Part shown: positions 1 to 8,636 of the stretch, piece after piece
Numbering within the stretch: the first letter of the stretch is position 1
Layout of the letters: the number at the start of each line of letters is the position of its first letter
Origin: Nitrosopumilus sp.
Lineage (GTDB): Archaea > Thermoproteota > Nitrososphaeria > Nitrososphaerales > Nitrosopumilaceae
Direction: 5' to 3'
DNA length: 64,000 nt
Assembly: GCA_965205425.1 (NCBI GenBank)
Contig: CBDBGZ010000009.1
Coordinates: 960,001-1,024,000 of the forward strand
Notes under the pieces: generated by a model
Told to the model about the DNA's origin: nothing
The model's database searches: none
What the model saw: only the letters and a program-made list of their open reading frames with translations
Program-made: the position numbers and the translations under genes

Positions 1-700
1 CTTGGAAGAATTATTTACAGCAATTATGTCAACTGGTGTTGAGCACACAAACCCAACTCATGGCACGTTGGCAGGTGCAATTGCTGATGAGAAATTAATC
101 CCAAATCTATCAAAAATCATAAAAGCAGGTCCTGATAACATGATTGGTATTCAAGCAGGATTTGAAACTGGAAGTCTTAGATTAATTGGTAAATATGCTG
201 ATAGAAAACTTGCACCTTATGATCCATCTGAATGGCATTGGGTTGTCAAAGAAGGTGTCAAAACTTTGAACCAAGACTATTGGATTCCTGCATTTACATT
301 AATTATGGGTCTTGATAATGACGAAACCCCTGAAGATTCTTGGGAAACTATTAGATTACTAAGTGAATTAGAACATGAACAACCAGATTCAATGTTTACT
401 GCAACAGCTTTGACTTTTGTTCCTATTGGTTTACTTGAAAAATCTGATTTCTTCCATATTGGAAATGAAATGACTCCTGCACAACTTGGAGTTCTTTACA
501 AAACATGGCAACACAATTTCAAATATGGTATTCAAAAATTCATGACTAAGACTGGAGCAAAAGGTCCACAGAGATACTTTTTCAATGCTATTGCTCGATC
601 CCTTGGTGGTGTTCCACTTGGTGCTATGGAGAAATATGCCCGTAGAAAGAGTAAGGAACACGAAAAAGTCATAGAGACTGTAAAGGCCAAATACTGGTAG
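1..700 (+). CDS. C-terminal part of a probable radical SAM protein (5' end outside window)
   Basis: ORF open from window edge; GFETGS and IMGL..ETPED motifs typical of radical SAM barrel C-terminal half. Confidence 0.65.
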   Translation, partial: LEELFTAIMSTGVEHTNPTHGTLAGAIADEKLIPNLSKIIKAGPDNMIGIQAGFETGSLRLIGKYADRKLAPYDPSEWHWVVKEGVKTLNQDYWIPAFTLIMGLDNDETPEDSWETIRLLSELEHEQPDSMFTATALTFVPIGLLEKSDFFHIGNEMTPAQLGVLYKTWQHNFKYGIQKFMTKTGAKGPQRYFFNAIARSLGGVPLGAMEKYARRKSKEHEKVIETVKAKYW

Positions 701-740
701 TCATCCAAATACATAAATTCACTAATTCTTCATTCAAAAC

Positions 741-923
741 ATGGCAACACACGGTTCACTTACCAAAGCAGGTAAAGTAAGAGGACAAACCCCTAAAGTT
801 GAGGGTAGAAAGATTGTAGGCACTAGTTCTAGTGTTGGCAACAAAAGTAATTACAATAAACGATTTGTTTTAGGCAGATATCCTGGTCAAAATAAACCTG
901 GACAAAGAAGAAAGAGACGATAG
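741..923 (+). CDS. rps30e: 30S ribosomal protein S30e
   Basis: HGSLTKAGKVRGQTPKV signature. Confidence 0.97.
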   Translation: MATHGSLTKAGKVRGQTPKVEGRKIVGTSSSVGNKSNYNKRFVLGRYPGQNKPGQRRKRR

Positions 924-988
924 TCAATTCTCGTTAAATTTTATAATCATGCCTAATTTTGCTTGATTTTCCCATTTTATGCTGATTT

Positions 989-1084
989 GTGGGTTTTGAA
1001 TAATTACTGTGAAACCCACTGCGGGTTTTGTATTTCTTAGCTAAAACCCACTATGGGTTTTACCCTGTTTTTTTAAAACCCGTT
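989..1084. repeat. Three tandem 32-bp units RYGGGTTTT-N13-RAAACCCRYT (conserved inverted arms, variable 13-bp core)
   Basis: GGG at 991/1023/1055 and CCC at 1015/1047/1079, exact 32-bp period. Confidence 0.85.
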
Positions 1085-1355
1085 GATTCAGAACGCAAGA
1101 GAACCCAAAAAAAGGTTCTGTCAAGTTAGCGGGATATAGGTCAAATTCTTCTACCTGTCAAAGATCGGGACATAATTAGTGCAAAATATCCCTAGTTTTT
1201 CCTTTTCCTGATTGTTCGTTTTCATCTATTGTAATTTCTTCACATTCCTCAGGATTGTATGTTAAGATATTTTGATTCATGGAAATGATGGCATCCTGCT
1301 TATAGTTAAGGCATTAAATATTTGAATAATTTCACAACTCGAACGTCTCCATTAT

Positions 1356-2675
1356 CAGTAGATGGGAAAGTAACTCAAGTTACACATTCTAGAAAATAAT
1401 TATTTTTGTTATTTCTAAAGTAATGAATAATTATCTTTACAAAGAAATATTTGAGAATTTCAATTGATATTATTGGTTTGTGATTTTGTACATTAGTTTC
1501 TTCTGAGATAATCAAATTAGCAATTATCCATGCATTGTACAAAATCAATGAATAGTAAAAATACAACAATCTTATGGATTGGTTTGAACTGGTGGTTTTT
1601 GGTCTGAACCTTCCCACACATGCATATCCTGTTTCAATTCCCCAACGTTTCTTGTAATCAGTTGGAATGTTTTGTATGTTATATGATATTTCTTTTGGTG
1701 AAACGTTTGTTGCAAACACAACATACTGATCAATAATATCTGATTTTTTTCTTGCATTTTTGTTTGGTAGAATAACTAGATTAAATGATTCTACATGTCC
1801 TGATGATGATTTTATTGTGTATGGCGAGATTGACTTTCTATCTCCATTAACGTATTGTACAATTGCATCTTTGATTCGAGAATTCTTTTTTGCAGGCATT
1901 AGAAATTTTAAATTCCTTTGTTTTATTTCTGAAATTGTTCCAGCTGTGAAAAACTCCCTATCCACTAGCAATAGTTTAATCTTGATTCCATTATTGATGC
2001 CATCAGAGAGTAATTTACGCACAAAATCGGCATTTGATATGTTGTCATACAAAGGATAACAACCTAATTGAGCCCTGATTCTTTTTTCAACGCACTGCAT
2101 GGTGCAGTAACTCTCAAAATGAGTAGTACTGTTTTTTGATTTTGATTTTATTAAAGAATGATTTGGCAATTTGTCATATCTTGGGATTAGATGTTTGTCA
2201 ATTGCTACAGTAACTGGTTGCTCCAATACTCCCAATTCTTGTAATTTTGATATGGTACTATCCAGTGAACGATGTAATTGAATTTGCATTGTTTTTTGTG
2301 ATATTTTTGATATAATTTTTCTCAACCATGAAACCCGTTGGAGAATGATTCTGGGATTCCATTGCCAGTCTCTTTAATCCAGATTCAGAATATGAATTTC
2401 CCAAACACAATGACATGATAGAATTGTGTGCATCAGCATTGTGGAACCGTGAGTTATTTTTACTAGAGCATGGAAACAACAAGATATTGTACATTATTTT
2501 AGTGATAATCTCAAATGCTTTAGATAGTATCACGCCTTGGTGTGTCATGGTATCAAATGAAGTACAATGCATATTTGATGGAGTGACATACTTTCATCAA
2601 GCTTTTTCTATCTGAATAGATTGATTGAATAATTGATAGTTTTTGATCTAAATTGAGTTACTTTCCCATCTACTG
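1356..2675 (-). mobile_element. ISH3-family (IS4-like) insertion sequence, 1320 bp
   Basis: Perfect 23-bp TIR CAGTAGATGGGAAAGTAACTCAA at 1356-1378 and 2653-2675; flanks ATTAT/GTTAT (4 of 5 match); DDE transposase inside. Confidence 0.92.
1375..2572 (-). pseudogene. ISH3-family transposase with one +1 frameshift near 2331-2333
   Basis: ORFs 2258-2572 and 1375-2325 join as ...SPTGSWLRKII... if one T is removed; motifs VAIDKH, LLVDREF, YKKRWGIETGY. Confidence 0.85.
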
Positions 2676-2678
2676 GTT

Positions 2679-2942
2679 ATGAGGGCGAGACATGCATTGT
2701 ATAGTGAATTATCCGTAGCACAGTTACTCAAACTCAATTTTCTTGGTAATGTAAGACATCAGAACCAGATTAAAGATGCGTTAACTGCAATTAAAAAACA
2801 CAACAAGAAAAATATTGATTTTGTTTTAAAAAAAATAACTGATTTAGAAAAAGAATCGATAAACCTACGTGATGATGCAGATTTTATCAATCATTTGAAA
2901 AGACGTTATAAAGACAGGGCAGTTGATATTTCACTTGAGTGA
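2679..2942 (+). CDS. Hypothetical protein (passenger ORF; 5' end abuts ISH3)
   Basis: 87-aa ORF with no recognisable motif. Confidence 0.5.
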   Translation: MRARHALYSELSVAQLLKLNFLGNVRHQNQIKDALTAIKKHNKKNIDFVLKKITDLEKESINLRDDADFINHLKRRYKDRAVDISLE

Positions 2943-3252
2943 ATGGGATGCAGAACATAGAAAATTAGCAGAGGAATGGAAAAATGTTTTAATTCAAACA
3001 AAATTGAATCAAGAATTGTATGAAAATTTGATTCACTCCATACGCTGGTTTTTTAGATATTGTAAAGACAATGATATTATTCCTACAAATAAACATGAAT
3101 TAGTCATGTGTATGGAAAAATCATTGAAAATCATGGACAAAATAGCTTATTGTCAACCGACAGGTAACACAGACAATTCCAACCTAAGAGGTAACAGAAC
3201 CCAAAAAAACAATGTTTATAATGTACTGGTACCGTACTATACGGTATGGTAG
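2923..3252 (+). CDS. Hypothetical protein (passenger ORF reading through the element end into the radA start)
   Basis: 109-aa helical-looking ORF overlapping the previous ORF. Confidence 0.55.
   Translation: MIFHLSEWDAEHRKLAEEWKNVLIQTKLNQELYENLIHSIRWFFRYCKDNDIIPTNKHELVMCMEKSLKIMDKIAYCQPTGNTDNSNLRGNRTQKNNVYNVLVPYYTVW
3215..3246 (+). promoter_or_regulatory. radA TATA box (TTTATAA 3215-3221) and inverted repeat TACCGTA-CTA-TACGGTA (3230-3246)
   Basis: TATA about 25-30 bp before the ATG (leaderless geometry); perfect 7-3-7 palindrome ending on the A of the ATG. Confidence 0.6.
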
Positions 3253-4421
3253 AAGATTTAAGATTAGATAGTTTAGAGGGCGTAGGCCCTGTAACTACAA
3301 GAAAATTATCCGATGCAGGTGTCCACAACGTCATGGACCTCATCGTTAGAGGTCCTGTTGAAATTGCAGATATTACTGGAATGGAAAAGGATACTGCTGA
3401 AAAAATTGTCAATAAAGCCAGACAACATTTAGTTGAAGGTGGATTAATTGCTAAAGACTTTGTCAGTGCAAGTGAAATTTACAAGTATAGACAAAGTATT
3501 GGTAAAATTACAACTGGTACAAATTGCCTTGATACATTATTTGATGGAGGTATAGAAACTCAAGCATTAACTGAAGTCTATGGAGAATTTGGTTGTGGTA
3601 AAACACAATTTGCACATACCATGTCTGTAATGGTTCAAAAAACCAAAGAAGAAGGTGGTCTTGAAGGTTCTGTCTTATACATTGATACAGAAAATACTTT
3701 CAGACCTGAAAGAATTGTATCTATTGCACAAGCACATGATATGGATCCTGAAAAAGTTTTAGATAATATCATAGTAGCTCGTGCATACAACAGTGCACAC
3801 CAAGTATTGATTTTAGAAGAAGCTGGACCTGTAATTGAAGAAAACAATGTTAAACTCATTGTTGCAGATTCTGCAGTTGGACTATTCCGAGCTGAATATC
3901 TTGGAAGAGGAACATTATCTGTACGACAACAAAAACTAAATCACTTTGTTCATTTGTTGTCAAGAATCGCAGAAACATACAACTGTGCTGCAATTGCAAC
4001 AAATCAAGTTATGGCATCACCTGATGTCTTCTTTGGTGATCCAACTCGTCCAATTGGTGGAAATGTAGTTGCACATACTAGTACGTACAGAATCTACTTT
4101 AAGAAATCAGGTAAGAAACGAATTGCTCGAATGGTGGATAGTCCTCATCATCCTGAAGAGGAAGTAATCTTTGCTCTAGGTGAAGCAGGTATTATAGATC
4201 CTGAAGAAGCTGAGAAAAAGACGAAAAAGACTACTAAAAAAGCAACCACCAAAAAAGCAACCACCAAAAAGGCAAAAGAGTCTGAGGTAGAGGCTACAGT
4301 AGAAACGCCTGAGGTAGAGGCTACAGTAGAAACGCCTGAGGTAGAGGCTACAGTAGAAACGCCTGAGGTAGAGGCTACAAAAGAGATTGAATCTGATGAT
4401 TTCGATCCTGTAGAAGAGTAA
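3246..4421 (+). CDS. radA: DNA repair and recombination protein RadA with low-complexity C-terminal tail
   Basis: N-terminal HhH, Walker A GEFGCGKT, YIDTENTFRPER, TNQV, GGNVVAH. Confidence 0.98.
   Translation: MVEDLRLDSLEGVGPVTTRKLSDAGVHNVMDLIVRGPVEIADITGMEKDTAEKIVNKARQHLVEGGLIAKDFVSASEIYKYRQSIGKITTGTNCLDTLFDGGIETQALTEVYGEFGCGKTQFAHTMSVMVQKTKEEGGLEGSVLYIDTENTFRPERIVSIAQAHDMDPEKVLDNIIVARAYNSAHQVLILEEAGPVIEENNVKLIVADSAVGLFRAEYLGRGTLSVRQQKLNHFVHLLSRIAETYNCAAIATNQVMASPDVFFGDPTRPIGGNVVAHTSTYRIYFKKSGKKRIARMVDSPHHPEEEVIFALGEAGIIDPEEAEKKTKKTTKKATTKKATTKKAKESEVEATVETPEVEATVETPEVEATVETPEVEATKEIESDDFDPVEE
4282..4379 (+). repeat. 27-bp tandem repeat x3.6 in radA tail (EVEATVETP)
   Basis: CTGAGGTAGAGGCTACAGTAGAAACGC at 4282, 4309, 4336; partial copy at 4363. 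Confidence 0.97.
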
Positions 4422-4853
4422 TCCCTCTTATTCCATCTTTTTGTTCTTTTTGATTTTCTAAATATTTATTCTTAGAATGATGTAATTTTTGTATCATTAA
4501 TTTTTTGAATCATATCTGCATCTACTATATTTAACAAATCATGTAATTTACGAAATCCTTTCTTAGTTTCTTTTCTCTCTTTTAATTCATCAAAGTCAAT
4601 ATCTACTCCATAGGCTTTAACGAATCCTTTCAATGTATCTAATGTTTTTTCAATACTTACATCTTTACCACTAAGATAAAATGAAAAATGCATTAATGAT
4701 GATTGAAAACTATGATAATCATTCCAATCTCTTACTAATGTCGAATTTGGAAAATACGATTTAATTTTCCCACCAATTAAAAATAAGGTTTTTCCAATTT
4801 TTTCAGTTTCAGGACCAATGAATTTTATTTTTTTAGGTGATTGTAAACCTATT

Positions 4854-5727
4854 ACCACCAACTATTTTTGAGTAATTATTGGAAAAAACAATCAACATAA
4901 TTGAGTTATCTAAAATAATTCACAACAAATCAACTGCATTGGAATTTCTCTGCAACCAATTCAAAAAGAAAAACACAATTCATTGTTCATCATGTAACTC
5001 TGAGAATTACTATATTATTTCAAGAGGGAAACTAAGATGCAAAGATTGCAAGACAGATTATAGACCGTTTGCTGGAACATGGTTTGATATCATCAACATT
5101 AATTTTACAAAATGGTTGGCCCTAGTCAAACTATTTGATCTTGGGATTAGTGCAAGACATGCAGCTAGAGAAGCAGATGTCAGTTATCCAACTTGCACTA
5201 AATGCTTTTGATTGCATCAGATATTCAATACTGTATCACTTGGCAGAATCAGACAAGAAACTAAAAGGGAAAATTGAGGCTGACGAGGCGACTATTTTGG
5301 AGGAAAAAGAAAGGGAAATCGTGGCAGAGGTGCCAAGAACAAGACCATCGTATTTGGCATACTGGAAAGAAAGGGAAAAGTTCACGTTGAGATTGTAAAC
5401 AATGTCAAGGCCAAGACCCTTTTGAAAAGTACGATTAGAAAAGTCAAGAAGGGAAGTATCGTGTACACTGACAAGTGGAAGGGATACGATTCACTTGTGT
5501 TTAATGGTTACAAGCATCTCTCAATAGACCACAGCAAGATGTTTGGGAGTGGTGATGTGTACATTAATGGTATTGAAGGGTTTTGGAGTTTTGCAAAAGA
5601 GAACATGGCAAAGCATCATGGTGTTAGTCCAGGAAAGTTTCTGTTGTATATCAAGGAAATGGAATGGAGATACAACAACAGAGATGGAAGATACTTTCTC
5701 ATTATTGTTAGATTATGTGTTGGTGGT
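4854..5727 (+). mobile_element. IS1595-family insertion sequence (ends approximate)
   Basis: Inverted ACCACCAAC at 4854-4862 and 5719-5727 flanking the transposase. Confidence 0.8.
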
Positions 5728-5737
5728 GAATAATTGA
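4879..5737 (+). pseudogene. IS1595-family transposase, 2-3 frameshifts
   Basis: Zn ribbon CSSC..CKDC, HTH, IEADE.YFGG, VYTDKWKGY, INGIEGFWS, EMEWRYN distributed over different frames. Confidence 0.9.
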
Positions 5738-6312
5738 TAATCACCTTTTTTTATTGTCTAATATTACCATCTGATAGCAAATTGTTGAGAGATCTACTTT
5801 ATTTTCAACAATCATATTAATTAAATCCGATTTTATCTCTACTTTTTTCTTATGGTCAGTCCACAATCTTGCTCTCCATGGAACAACAATAGATGTGATT
5901 GATGCTCCGACTATCAATAAAAGCAAAGGATGTTGAAGAATTTCATAAGCTGTAATTTCTTTAGTTTCTATTTCTTCAATGTTGATAGATTCAATTTTTT
6001 TTAATATTTGTTGTTGTACTTCAAATGTTTCAATTTTTTCTGCAACGCTTTCACAATCTATAGAATTTTCCTCACATGTAGATTCCATTGATGAAAATGC
6101 ATCTGTGATTAAATCCGTATTATTTTTAATGGATTCAATCACAAGTTTGGAATCTATGGAATTGTCAAAATTGGTTTGATTTTCAGCAAATGCGGGCGTA
6201 AAAAAACACTAAAAAACAAAATAAGTAAGAATTTCATACTAGAGCACTAATCTAATTCGTTTTAATCTTATCGTCAAATTTTAAATTGAGATCTAATGAA
6301 ATCAAATGTATC

Positions 6313-7368
6313 ATGACTGATTTGTATAGATTACTTCCAGAAGAGATGGAACAACTTGTAATTGATATGGGGTATCCTAGATATCGAGCAGATCAAATTT
6401 TACTTCCACTTTACTATAAATTTCCAAAAGATCTAGATGGAATACCACAACTCCCAAAAAAATTAAGAGAAGAATTAACTGTCGCAGGATATACAATCGG
6501 TTCTGCAAAAGAGACACATCGTGTTGTAAGTGAGGATGGTGACACAACAAAGCTATTACTCAATCTAACTGATAATAATTCTGTAGAAACTGTTTTGATG
6601 CAATATGATCCATCTAAGATAGGAGGTCATCCACGTTCCACTATTTGTGTTTCAACTCAAATTGGCTGTGCAATGGGATGTGTATTTTGTGCAACTGGTC
6701 AAATGGGTTTTGAAACAAATCTAAAGGCAGAACATATTGTATCACAAGTAATCCACTTTGCAGAAATATTACAACAACGAGGTGAACATGTAACAAACTT
6801 AGTTTTTATGGGTATGGGGGAACCTATGGCAAATTATGATGAAATGATTAGAGCTGTAAAAATTTTAACACATGATAGAGGATTTGGATTAGGTCAACGA
6901 CATATCACAATTTCTACTATTGGAATTAGATCCGGAATTGAAAAACTTGCAGAAGAAAATCTACAAATTGGTCTTGCAATTTCTCTTCATGCTCCAAACA
7001 ATAAACTAAGAAAAGATTTGGTTCCTACTGCAAGTCCAAACTCTGTAGAAGAAATAATAGAAATGGGCAGAAATTATTTTAAAAAAACTGGGCGTCGTGT
7101 AACCTTTGAGTATGCACTTATGGAAGGGATTAATGACTCTCCTGAAATCGCAACAGAGTTGGCTAACCTTTTAGATGGAAATGGTTCTCATGTGAATTTG
7201 ATTCCTATTAACCCGACTGCTGGTGATTTCAAGCGTCCATCAGAAAAAAATGTCAAAGAATTTGAACAAATTTTGTCCAAGACTGGAGTAAATTGTACTG
7301 TTAGAATCGAAAAAGGTACTGAGATTTCAGCTGCATGTGGCCAACTTAGAACTGATCTTGCTGATTAA
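6313..7368 (+). CDS. rlmN: RlmN-family radical SAM RNA C2-methyltransferase
   Basis: CVSTQIGCAMGCVFC, MGMGEP, ISLHA, AACGQL. Confidence 0.95.
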   Translation: MTDLYRLLPEEMEQLVIDMGYPRYRADQILLPLYYKFPKDLDGIPQLPKKLREELTVAGYTIGSAKETHRVVSEDGDTTKLLLNLTDNNSVETVLMQYDPSKIGGHPRSTICVSTQIGCAMGCVFCATGQMGFETNLKAEHIVSQVIHFAEILQQRGEHVTNLVFMGMGEPMANYDEMIRAVKILTHDRGFGLGQRHITISTIGIRSGIEKLAEENLQIGLAISLHAPNNKLRKDLVPTASPNSVEEIIEMGRNYFKKTGRRVTFEYALMEGINDSPEIATELANLLDGNGSHVNLIPINPTAGDFKRPSEKNVKEFEQILSKTGVNCTVRIEKGTEISAACGQLRTDLAD

Positions 7369-7421
7369 ATCTCTCTATCTTTTCTAAGTCTTAAAATAGG
7401 GCTTTTCAAGGTTTTACACTC

Positions 7422-7721
7422 ATGGCAACTAAGAAATCTTCTGGTCGTTCTCATGGATTTAAGCATAAATCAAGATCAGTGATGAAGAAAAAGGCCCCTA
7501 GAGGAGTCTCATTTTTGTTACGTGAATACCAAGAAGGTCAACAAGCACTTGTCATTATTGATCCAAGACAGCATAAAGGATTGCCACATCGACGATACCA
7601 TGGTAAAGTAGGTTTGATTACACATGTTGGTAGACGTTCTGTTACATTAAGTGTAAAATTAGGAGAAAAGCCAAAAACCTTAATCACTAGGTTAGATCAC
7701 ATTAAACCATTCGGTGTATGA
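7422..7721 (+). CDS. rpl21e: 50S ribosomal protein L21e
   Basis: HKGLPHRRYHGKVG; rpl21e-rpoF-DUF655-rsmA synteny. Confidence 0.96.
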   Translation: MATKKSSGRSHGFKHKSRSVMKKKAPRGVSFLLREYQEGQQALVIIDPRQHKGLPHRRYHGKVGLITHVGRRSVTLSVKLGEKPKTLITRLDHIKPFGV

Positions 7722-7722
7722 T

Positions 7723-8049
7723 ATGGAAGAAGTAAAAAAGAAACAAGCTATTTCTCTTGCAGAAGTTAAAGAAATTTTAGGCAAAGTTGATGTTGAAGAA
7801 ATGGATCAAATTCAACGTTGGACATATGATTATGTTTCAAAATTTGTGTCAACTGAATCAAAAGATGCAAAAGATATGAAAAAACAACTCATCAAAGAAT
7901 GTGAATTAACAGAAGATGAATCTGTTGAGATAGTTAACATTAGACCTACAAGTTTAGCAGAACTACGTTCCTTCACATTCGGATGGAAAAAATTAATTCT
8001 TGCAGAGACTCTAGAAAAAATGCTCAAGATAATCAAGGAGCATTCGTAA
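7723..8049 (+). CDS. rpoF: RNA polymerase subunit F (Rpo4)
   Basis: ISLAEVKEIL, IVNIRP..ELR; conserved position. Confidence 0.9.
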   Translation: MEEVKKKQAISLAEVKEILGKVDVEEMDQIQRWTYDYVSKFVSTESKDAKDMKKQLIKECELTEDESVEIVNIRPTSLAELRSFTFGWKKLILAETLEKMLKIIKEHS

Positions 8050-8069
8050 GTTTTTAGGAGCATTCTATT

Positions 8070-8636
8070 TTGTATCGGGCACAACCCCCACCTCGAAAGT
8101 ATGAGGAGCATGCATATGTTTTGGATTTTAACTCTAGAGGAAAATCATCTACTGTACGTGGTAGGGATGGAATAATCATTACTGCAATTGGAGAAGACAG
8201 ATTAACTCTTTTAGAAGTTCTTGGTATTCCAAATTCTACATTTGAGATTGGTGAGAAAATCTATATCGGAAAAGAAGGACGAACAAAAGTTCTATCCGTT
8301 TTAGGAAAAATGGAATATGGCAAAATTTCATCATCTGCTCAAAGTGAACTTGAAACAGTAGTAGAAACTATTGTATCTGATAATGAATCAAAATTTGTTG
8401 AATATCTCAATAAAGCACAACCTCTAACTCCTAGGATTCATGCTCTGGAATTAATTCCAGGAATTGGAAAAACATACATGAAAACCATGCTCGAAGAAAG
8501 AGAAAAGAAAAAGTTTGAAAGCTATCAGGATTTACAAGAACGTGTTGGGTTTAAGGAACCTGTTAAACATATTTCTGAACGAATCTTAGATGAAATCACT
8601 GGTGAAAGTAGAATGAATCTCTTCGTTAAGAGATGA
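8070..8636 (+). CDS. DUF655 family nucleic-acid-binding protein
   Basis: EEHAYVLDF, HALELIPGIGK HhH motif; conserved synteny. Confidence 0.9.
   Translation: MYRAQPPPRKYEEHAYVLDFNSRGKSSTVRGRDGIIITAIGEDRLTLLEVLGIPNSTFEIGEKIYIGKEGRTKVLSVLGKMEYGKISSSAQSELETVVETIVSDNESKFVEYLNKAQPLTPRIHALELIPGIGKTYMKTMLEEREKKKFESYQDLQERVGFKEPVKHISERILDEITGESRMNLFVKR

Larger units (their letters stand above)
1114..3201. mobile_element. Putative non-autonomous element with IS6-like ends carrying passenger ORFs (contains nested ISH3)
   Basis: Inverted ends GGTTCTGT 1114-1121 and ACAGAACC 3194-3201; identical 8-bp flanks CAAAAAAA at 1106-1113 and 3202-3209; no IS6 transposase visible inside. Confidence 0.6.
4472..6237 (-). 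pseudogene. Secreted/membrane hypothetical protein gene split by IS1595 and frameshifted
   Basis: ATG 6237 gives signal peptide MKFLLILFFSVFFTPAFA if the A7 run at 6200-6206 gains one base; continues into ORF 5741-6142 (TM segment HPLLLLIVGASITSIVVPW); same-strand ORF 4472-4861 resumes on the other side of the IS. Confidence 0.7.

Noticed and set aside
989..1084. CRISPR array call for the 32-bp repeats
   Set aside because: Variable parts are only 13 bp, there are only three units, and no cas genes are in the window
1176..1280. 34-aa minus-strand ORF (MNQNILTYNPEEC...)
   Set aside because: Too short and motif-free to support as a gene
2330..2336. G-GGT-TTC heptamer as a programmed -1 frameshift in the ISH3 transposase
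   Set aside because: Joining the two ORFs needs +1; the -1 frame reaches TGA within a few codons
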